Below the pieces are notes generated by a model, which was not told where the DNA came from, did no database searches, and saw only the letters and a program-made list of their open reading frames with translations. A stretch of 32,000 bases of DNA, from positions 210,001-242,000 of the forward strand of contig NC_006512.1 in the NCBI RefSeq assembly GCF_000008465.1. Direction: 5' to 3'. Source of the DNA: Idiomarina loihiensis L2TR. Its GTDB lineage: Bacteria; Pseudomonadota; Gammaproteobacteria; Enterobacterales; Alteromonadaceae. Positions 1 to 6,005 of the stretch are shown here, piece after piece; the first letter of the stretch is position 1; every line of letters starts with the position of its first letter. The translations under genes and the position numbers were made by a program.

Positions 1-1
1 G

Positions 2-778
2 TATCTGGGCGAAACCGTTTGCAGTAAGCGTCGTGAGTTAAAGCTGGATGACTATCTGGCGATAGCGCATATGCTAAGAGAAGCCGGGAAAAAAGTAACG
101 CTCTCGACAATGACCTTGTTGGAAGCGCCTGCGGAGCTCCGGGAGCTGGGTAAATATTGCGATAATGGCGAGTTTGATGTTGAAGCCAATGATGTCAGTG
201 CTATTGGGGTGCTGCAGGAGCAGGGGTTGAACTTTACCGCAGGGCCGGGCATTAATATTTATAATCACCAGAGTCTGCGCCGTTTAATTGATATGGGTAT
301 GACACGTTGGGTGGTTCCATTTGAACTTTCCCGCGACTGGCTGCAGGACGTCTTACAGCACAACCTTATCGACACCGTGAGGGACTGCTTTGACGTGGAA
401 GTTTTTTCCTTTGGTCATATACCCTTGGCCTGGTCTGGTCGCTGCTTTACTGCCCGCTCGGAGAACCGCCCGAAAGATCAGTGCGAGCTGTGTTGCATAA
501 AATACCCGGAAGGCCGGGAAGTGAAAAGCCAGGAAGGTCAGCAGGTGTTTGTACTTAATGGTATTCAGACGCAATCGGGTACACGCTATAACCTGATAAA
601 CCAGCTACCGGGTATGAATGGCCTGGTCGATATTGTGCGTATCAGTCCGCAACCCGAGGGAACTTTCGACTGGCTACAACGCTTCCGCAGCAATATCAAT
701 GGGGAACACCCCGTGACCCTGACGAGCAAAGAGAACAATGGCTATTGGTTGCAACTGGCGGGGTTAGCGACAGGCTAG
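2..778 (+). CDS. ubiV: U32-family protein UbiV/YhbV (O2-independent ubiquinone biosynthesis), 5'-truncated by the window edge
   Basis: The frame is open from nt 2 (YLGETVCSKRRELK...), so the ATG at 71 is internal. Recalled similarity to E. coli YhbV: Cys cluster 'RCFTARSENRPKDQCELCCIKYPEGR', 'QQVFVLNGIQTQSG', C-terminal 'NGYWLQLAGL'. Confidence 0.8.
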   Translation, partial: YLGETVCSKRRELKLDDYLAIAHMLREAGKKVTLSTMTLLEAPAELRELGKYCDNGEFDVEANDVSAIGVLQEQGLNFTAGPGINIYNHQSLRRLIDMGMTRWVVPFELSRDWLQDVLQHNLIDTVRDCFDVEVFSFGHIPLAWSGRCFTARSENRPKDQCELCCIKYPEGREVKSQEGQQVFVLNGIQTQSGTRYNLINQLPGMNGLVDIVRISPQPEGTFDWLQRFRSNINGEHPVTLTSKENNGYWLQLAGLATG

Positions 779-819
779 AATCTCTAAATAGGTATTAACT
801 GACTTTTAGTGGTAGAGCG

Positions 820-833
820 TCGATCTTCGTCAA
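820..833. promoter_or_regulatory. FNR/Dnr/NnrR-type box candidate (TCGAT-N4-GTCAA) upstream of nnrS
   Basis: Matches 8 of 10 positions of TTGAT-N4-ATCAA, with the critical G and C retained. Lies about 50 bp upstream of the nnrS start. No matching -10 spacing could be confirmed. Confidence 0.25.
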
Positions 834-836
834 AAT

Positions 837-863
837 AAAAGGTATATTAAAAATGTACCTTTT
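837..863. promoter_or_regulatory. AT-rich imperfect palindrome AAAAGGTATATTAAAAATGTACCTTTT just upstream of nnrS (candidate operator; alternatively a weak hairpin after ubiV)
   Basis: Arms AAGGTATATT / AATGTACCTT are reverse complements except for one position. Loose resemblance (about 16 of 23) to the recalled gammaproteobacterial NsrR operator. Confidence 0.3.
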
Positions 864-874
864 ATTAATAAGCG

Positions 875-2086
875 GTGACAGTGATGCAAATCACAGACAG
901 ACAAAAAGAAGAGCAGTTAACTCCTATTCTGCGGCAGGCATTTCGCCCACTGTTCCTTTTGGGGGCAGGGTTCAGTGCCGTAGCGATGCTGCTGTGGGGG
1001 TTAGCACTTGGTGGAAAGCTCAGTTTGCCTGTATACGGCAACATTATGTTCTGGCACAGCCATGAAATGCTATTTGGCTTTGTTGTTGCCATAGTTCTGG
1101 GTTTTTTATTAACGGCGGTGCAGAACTGGACCGGACTTAGGGCTCCGCATGGCAATACTCTGCTTATTCTGACCGTTTTATGGGCTGCCGCCAGGCTAAT
1201 GTTGCTGTTGGGCGGTGACTTGCCGTGGTGGTTGGTTGCAGCCGTGGATGTCAGTCTCTTACCTGTTGCCGCGTTTCTGTTCGGGCGTATGGTGTTAAAA
1301 GTCAATCAGACCCGGAATTTATTCTTTGTGCCCATTTTGCTGTTGCTGACGGTCTGCAACCTGCTTATGCACTACGGCTTACACTTTGGTCACTATCATA
1401 TTCAGGTGCTTGGCGCTTACAACGCAGTATTTCTGGTGACCTTGTTAATGGCCATTATTGGCGGACGAGTGCTGCCAATGTTTACTGCCAACGGGACTCA
1501 AACACCTAAAGTAACGCCAATAGTCTGGCTTGATCGCATAGCTTTAGGCAGCTTGTGGCTTATCTTCGCTGTGCACTTTCTGAATCTGCACACGCTGTTA
1601 CCTAACCAGATGATGGTCGTTTTATTTGGTGTTTCAGCGGCGGCAACCGGGATAAGAGTTGCGCGCTGGAAAATCTGGATAACCTGGAGAGTACCGCTGC
1701 TTTGGTCACTGCATTTAGCTTATTGGTTTATCCCCATTGGTCTGGCGTTATTTGCATTGCGTTATGCGGGTTTCGACCTGACGCAGAGTCTGGCGCTGCA
1801 CGCCTTAACCGCAGGAGCTATGGGAAATATGATCCTAAGTATGATAGCGCGCGTTTCGTTGGGTCATAGTGGGCGTCCGTTGCAACCAAAACTGATAATG
1901 ACCGGCGCATTTTTACTGGTGTTAATAGCCGCTTTAACCCGGGTCTTCTTAATCTGGCTGGCTCCCGATTTAGCCAGCCACTGGTTAATGTGTAGTGCTT
2001 TAGCCTGGACTCTGGCTTATGGCATTTATGTTGTGGTTTATTTTAAGGTGCTGACAACACCCCGCGCCGACGGTAACCCGGGTTAA
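875..2086 (+). CDS. nnrS: NnrS family haem/copper membrane protein (NO-stress associated)
   Basis: Polytopic membrane protein of about 400 aa with the NnrS signature 'WHSHEMLFGF' and an N-terminal 'FRPLFLLGAGF'. GTG at 875 or ATG at 884 could be the start. Confidence 0.8.
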   Translation: MTVMQITDRQKEEQLTPILRQAFRPLFLLGAGFSAVAMLLWGLALGGKLSLPVYGNIMFWHSHEMLFGFVVAIVLGFLLTAVQNWTGLRAPHGNTLLILTVLWAAARLMLLLGGDLPWWLVAAVDVSLLPVAAFLFGRMVLKVNQTRNLFFVPILLLLTVCNLLMHYGLHFGHYHIQVLGAYNAVFLVTLLMAIIGGRVLPMFTANGTQTPKVTPIVWLDRIALGSLWLIFAVHFLNLHTLLPNQMMVVLFGVSAAATGIRVARWKIWITWRVPLLWSLHLAYWFIPIGLALFALRYAGFDLTQSLALHALTAGAMGNMILSMIARVSLGHSGRPLQPKLIMTGAFLLVLIAALTRVFLIWLAPDLASHWLMCSALAWTLAYGIYVVVYFKVLTTPRADGNPG

Positions 2087-2475
2087 GTTTCTTCCGGAGA
2101 GTGGTCGGGGCGCGTAGCCAGCCAGCACCCGACCACAACCAGCACAACACCGACAATTGCTTTTAGCCACACCGGAACTTGCGGAACAAATAACCATAGT
2201 ACCAGGTACCCTGTTGCCATCATAACTAAGGCTATTATCTTAGAACGGCGTTTAATGACCCGGTGGTCGCGCCAGGCTTTTATGTCCGGGCCGTATTTGG
2301 GGTGGTTAAGTAGCCAGGCTTCAAGCCGGGGCCAGCCTTTACTAGCAGCCCACAATGCAGCAATGAGAAAAGGTACTGTGGGCATTACCGGCAGGGCAAT
2401 GCCGATAAGTCCAAGCAATACAAAAAATAGCGCCAGAGCGCGCCACAATAATCGAATTAACAGCTCCCGCGTCAC
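2083..2475 (-). CDS. ybaN: YbaN/DUF454 family inner-membrane protein
   Basis: 'LPVMPTVPFLIAALWAASKGWPRLEAWLLNHPKYG' resembles E. coli YbaN ('[29 protein letters not shown]'). GTG start overlaps the norR stop (GTGA). Confidence 0.7.
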   Translation of the reverse strand: MTRELLIRLLWRALALFFVLLGLIGIALPVMPTVPFLIAALWAASKGWPRLEAWLLNHPKYGPDIKAWRDHRVIKRRSKIIALVMMATGYLVLWLFVPQVPVWLKAIVGVVLVVVGCWLATRPDHSPEET

Positions 2476-4016
2476 GACTTCATTCCTAATCGACTGGCCA
2501 TTTTGTGCAGGTTACTGGCATCCAGCTGCAGGTCTTTAGCGGCCTGACTCCAACTGTTGTTATGGCGGCCTAAAGCCGATTCTATCATCTTACGCTGAGT
2601 ATAATTTACCGCTTCTTTCATCGACACGTTAGCCGGAGGTAAGCTGGCTCCTACGGAGTTTTTTCCAGAGTCGGTGGTGGCTGAAAAAGGCAGTTGCACA
2701 TCCAGATCCAGCATGTCGGGTTCAATGGTGGCAATATCGGTTTTTTCCACACCGTGGCTAAGCAGCTTAATAGCGGCCCGGCTGATAACATGTTCCAGTT
2801 CACGCACATTACCCGGCCACTGGTACTGTTGTATAGCAAGCTCAGCCTCCGGCGATAAGCGTAAAGCCCGCAACCCCAGACGAGCCCGGTTTAGCTCGAG
2901 AAAATGCCCGGCCAGAATAGACACATCGTCACCGCGCTCGCGTAATGGCGGAATTGGCAAAGGATAAACCGAAAGGCGGTGGTATAAATCAGCACGGAAT
3001 GTTTCATTACTGACTTGCTGGCGTAGGTTGCGGTTGGTGGCGGCAATAAGGCGAACATCTACTTTGCGGTATTTGTCAGAGCCTAAACGCTGAATTTCAC
3101 CATTTTGCAGTACTCGCAGTAACTTGGCCTGTATGGATAAGGGCAGCTCGCCAACTTCATCCAGAAACAGCGTACCGCCGTGAGCGACTTCAAAGCGTCC
3201 TGAACGGTCGCTGGTTGCGCCGGAAAACGCCCCTTTTACATGACCAAAAAGCTCGCTTTCTGCAAGTGATTCGGGTAGAGCCGCGCAATTTACATAAATA
3301 AGGGGTTTGTCGCTGCGCTGTGAGAGTATGTGCAGTTCACGGGCAAACAGCTCTTTACCGACACCAGTCTCGCCCAGTAGCAGTACGGGCAAATCGGCAC
3401 TGGCAACCACTCGTAGTTCTTTCAGCACACTTTCAATAGCTTTGCTGTGCCCGATAATTTCCGACTCGTTTCTTTCTGTGGTTCCGGATTTTGGCATGGT
3501 GCGCTGCTGGCCTTGTCGCAGAGCCCTGACGTTTTGCTCCAGCTGGCCAATGCGAACGGCGGTCTCAACGAACAAGCTAAACTTTTGCAGTTCAATCATT
3601 GAGTTGTCGGTAAATGTACCGGGTTGCAGTGCGTCTAAGGTCAGTACACCCCAACACTTATTCTCCAGGTACAAACTAATACCCATGCAGTCGTGAACGG
3701 GCAGCGCATTACCTGGCTGCTCAGCGAGCAGTCCGTCGTAGGGGTCTGGTAATGACGAATCGTGCTCAAAACGTACGGGGTTACGAGATGCCAGCAATGC
3801 CGCTAACCGGGGGTGCTGTGCTACAACAAACCGACGACCCAAGGCTTCGCGTACCAGCCCCTGAATAGCAACCGGTTGCAGCACTTCATTATCCAGCTTT
3901 AATAAAACCACTGCGCCGCAGTTGAAGTGACTGCGCAAGGTGTTGACCAGATTTTGTAAACGAACCGCTGCAGGCTGCTCGGTAAGCAGGTCTGCTAATA
4001 GACTTTCTTGCAACAT
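2472..4016 (-). CDS. norR: NorR-type sigma54-dependent NO-responsive transcriptional activator (GAF-AAA+-HTH)
   Basis: AAA+ Walker A 'GETGVGKE', sigma54-contact loop 'ESELFGHVKGAFSGA', N-terminal GAF-like region, C-terminal HTH. I take the start as ATG 4016 (MLQESLLADLL); the ORF-track start at 4091 would run through the NorR sites. Confidence 0.85.
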   Translation of the reverse strand: MLQESLLADLLTEQPAAVRLQNLVNTLRSHFNCGAVVLLKLDNEVLQPVAIQGLVREALGRRFVVAQHPRLAALLASRNPVRFEHDSSLPDPYDGLLAEQPGNALPVHDCMGISLYLENKCWGVLTLDALQPGTFTDNSMIELQKFSLFVETAVRIGQLEQNVRALRQGQQRTMPKSGTTERNESEIIGHSKAIESVLKELRVVASADLPVLLLGETGVGKELFARELHILSQRSDKPLIYVNCAALPESLAESELFGHVKGAFSGATSDRSGRFEVAHGGTLFLDEVGELPLSIQAKLLRVLQNGEIQRLGSDKYRKVDVRLIAATNRNLRQQVSNETFRADLYHRLSVYPLPIPPLRERGDDVSILAGHFLELNRARLGLRALRLSPEAELAIQQYQWPGNVRELEHVISRAAIKLLSHGVEKTDIATIEPDMLDLDVQLPFSATTDSGKNSVGASLPPANVSMKEAVNYTQRKMIESALGRHNNSWSQAAKDLQLDASNLHKMASRLGMKS

Positions 4017-4071
4017 GGTTAAATTGACTGCCCAGGTTAAAAATACCCTTATTGGTTGGGTTGATAGTACC
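4017..4071. promoter_or_regulatory. Three NorR-type enhancer sites (GGT-N7-ACC) in the norR/RIC divergent region
   Basis: GGTTAAATTGACt (4017-4029), GGTTAAAAATACC (4035-4047) and GGTTGATAGTACC (4059-4071). The latter two match the published GT-N7-AC / GGT-N7-ACC NorR consensus exactly. Confidence 0.7.
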
Positions 4072-4112
4072 GTGACACCCCGGAGAGTCAATAATCCTAA
4101 CGGGGTAGGAGC

Positions 4113-4128
4113 TGGCCTGTTTGTTGCA
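4113..4128 (+). promoter_or_regulatory. sigma54 (-24/-12) promoter for the RIC/YtfE-like gene
   Basis: TGGCCTG-TTTG-TTGCA fits TGGCACG-N4-TTGCW, with GG at 4114-4115 and GC at 4126-4127 (canonical 11-nt offset). It lies 47 nt upstream of ATG 4175. Confidence 0.75.
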
Positions 4129-4174
4129 GTCCTGACCGGAGTAAGAAACTTTATTTAGCAAACAGGAGTGACCC

Positions 4175-4714
4175 ATGAGTACTTTCGATGACCGTTTACA
4201 GACTGCCGAGCAACAATGGCAGGACGCTTCACCCAAGCATTTGATAGAGCATATTTATCTGCGTTTTCATCAGCGCCATCGCGAACAGCTTCCTGAGTTA
4301 AAGCAATTGGCCATGCGCGTTGAAGCCGTTCATGGTGATCACCCCGAAGCCCCGGTTGGTCTGACTGAACACCTGGATAACCTGATGCAGGAGCTGGAAA
4401 GCCACATGACAAAAGAAGAACAAATTCTTTTTCCTTTGCTGTCTCGTGGTGTTTATCCCGGCGGGCCAATTTCAGTAATGGAAAGCGAACACGTTCAGCA
4501 TGAAGGTGAACTTAATAGAATTGGCGAACTGACCAATAACTTAACGCTACCGGAAGGCGCCTGTGGTACCTGGACAGCTCTTTATAAAGGCTTAAAAGAG
4601 CTGCAGGATGATTTGCACGAGCATATTCACCTGGAAAACAATCTGCTTTTTGTCGAAAAGAAAGCATCGGCACCTGAGCACGGTAAAGATTTTTGTTGCG
4701 GTTCGTGTCAGTAA
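4175..4714 (+). CDS. Hemerythrin-like di-iron protein, RIC/YtfE (DnrN/NorA) family, lacking the N-terminal ScdA_N domain
   Basis: 'RFHQRHREQLPEL', 'HMTKEEQILFPLL', 'PISVMESEH', 'ACGTWTALY' and 'HEHIHLENNLLF' align with the C-terminal domain of E. coli YtfE. SD GGAG lies 6 nt before the ATG. The protein ends '...KDFCCGSCQ'. Confidence 0.8.
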   Translation: MSTFDDRLQTAEQQWQDASPKHLIEHIYLRFHQRHREQLPELKQLAMRVEAVHGDHPEAPVGLTEHLDNLMQELESHMTKEEQILFPLLSRGVYPGGPISVMESEHVQHEGELNRIGELTNNLTLPEGACGTWTALYKGLKELQDDLHEHIHLENNLLFVEKKASAPEHGKDFCCGSCQ

Positions 4715-5898
4715 CCCTGCTTAAAGTACATCACCTTTTCTAAATACCGACGGCTCTCCGCCAACGGATGCTTAGAAGTTAAGTCCCGGTAAACAATGCC
4801 GGGCTGACTTCGGTTTATAATTTGAACCGCGTTGCTGCGGTTGGAAGAAAAGGTTTTCAGCACGTTACCGGCGCCACCATTGTATGCTGAAACAATAGCG
4901 TATTCGCGACTGCGCGGATGTTGCACACCTTTTAAGTACTGGGTGTTCAAAATGTGCAAATAGGCACTGCCAATATCGATGTTCTGAGCCGGGTCAAACA
5001 ATTGTTGAGACGTGGGCTGCCCGGGAATTTTACGAACGCGCTCAAACACGTCACGTCCGGCGGTCGATGCCACTACCTGCATTAAGCCGTAAGCGTTAGC
5101 GTGGCTCACCGCATAAGGGTTAAAACTGCTTTCGGTTTCAATAATGGCATAAATAAGCTCAGGCTCCAGGTTATAGCGTCGCGCTGCGGCTATCACGTAG
5201 TCGGCATACTGGTGTTTGCGCAGCTCCTGGTGTTCATCGACCAAAGCAATTTGAACCTCATACACCTTGTTGTTTTTGGCGCGCCGGGTGCGCAACTGGT
5301 TTTTCACCAAATACTCGGCAAAGCGATTGGCCCGCCATTCGTATTCGACTACCACATTGTCCTGGTCAACAACTTGTCCGCGCAAAAACGGTTTTCCTGT
5401 CCGTTCAGGCTCTTTATCGGTAAAAATATCAACGGCAGTGAGGTCGGTTGGCGTTAACAGCGTACGCACAATAGCGGCTTTGAGTTGTTCCCGGGTTTTG
5501 GCTGGATCATTGCTGTCATGCAATGTCGCAACGGTCAGCAGGCCCTGCTCAAAATCGACAACGGCTTTGGCATGAAAGTTATCACTGTATTTAACGTACT
5601 TTTTTGAGCTGGGAACCGTGTTTTCCTCGTCGCCCCAAATGGCTTCAGCAACGGCACGCAGGTCGCGCAAAGCCTCGCGTAAGTCCTCAATGTCGCTAAT
5701 AAGCAGTTGTGGGTTGCTGCGGTAGCTATGCAAACGTTCACGTGCCATAGACTCCACCACGGCGCTTGGGTCGCTACCGCTAAGCACGCCGGAATTGACC
5801 ACGCGTTTTACGTTATTAGGTGTTATTTGGCATCCTGCCAAAATTAGCGTTGTGGCTATAGCCGCCAGCAGAGTGGTTAATTGAGTCTTTTTATTCAT
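4708..5898 (-). CDS. mltC: Membrane-bound lytic murein transglycosylase, MltC-like lipoprotein
   Basis: SLT catalytic motif 'ETESSFNPYAVSHANAYGLMQVV' and 'AYNGGAGN'. Lipobox 'LILAGC' if the start is ATG 5898 (MNKKTQ...). The GTG at 5919 has its SD too close. Confidence 0.75.
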   Translation of the reverse strand: MNKKTQLTTLLAAIATTLILAGCQITPNNVKRVVNSGVLSGSDPSAVVESMARERLHSYRSNPQLLISDIEDLREALRDLRAVAEAIWGDEENTVPSSKKYVKYSDNFHAKAVVDFEQGLLTVATLHDSNDPAKTREQLKAAIVRTLLTPTDLTAVDIFTDKEPERTGKPFLRGQVVDQDNVVVEYEWRANRFAEYLVKNQLRTRRAKNNKVYEVQIALVDEHQELRKHQYADYVIAAARRYNLEPELIYAIIETESSFNPYAVSHANAYGLMQVVASTAGRDVFERVRKIPGQPTSQQLFDPAQNIDIGSAYLHILNTQYLKGVQHPRSREYAIVSAYNGGAGNVLKTFSSNRSNAVQIINRSQPGIVYRDLTSKHPLAESRRYLEKVMYFKQGY

Positions 5899-6005
5899 AG
5901 CGCCTAAATTGAGCTTCACTTCCCTTGTTCAAGCTTTTACATTAGAGAGACATAAAAAGAAACCCCAAGCACAGTTTAAAAGTGCATAAAACAACAGGAA
6001 TGAAG

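Noticed and set aside
865-1305. 146-aa minus-strand ORF antisense to nnrS. Similar long antisense ORFs occur at 3307-3696, 7469-7903, 8603-8971, 16125-16538, 5101-5575, 26101-26604 and 27962-28189.
   Set aside because: All lie fully within, and antisense to, genes with strong family signatures. They show no motifs, no SDs and odd amino-acid composition, as is typical of non-coding shadow frames.
4017-4091. Longer norR start at 4091 (MTLRGVTVLSTQPIRVFLTWAVNLT...).
   Set aside because: The extension would be translated from the DNA that carries the three NorR-binding repeats, and it has no similarity to NorR N-termini. ATG 4016 gives a NorR of typical length.
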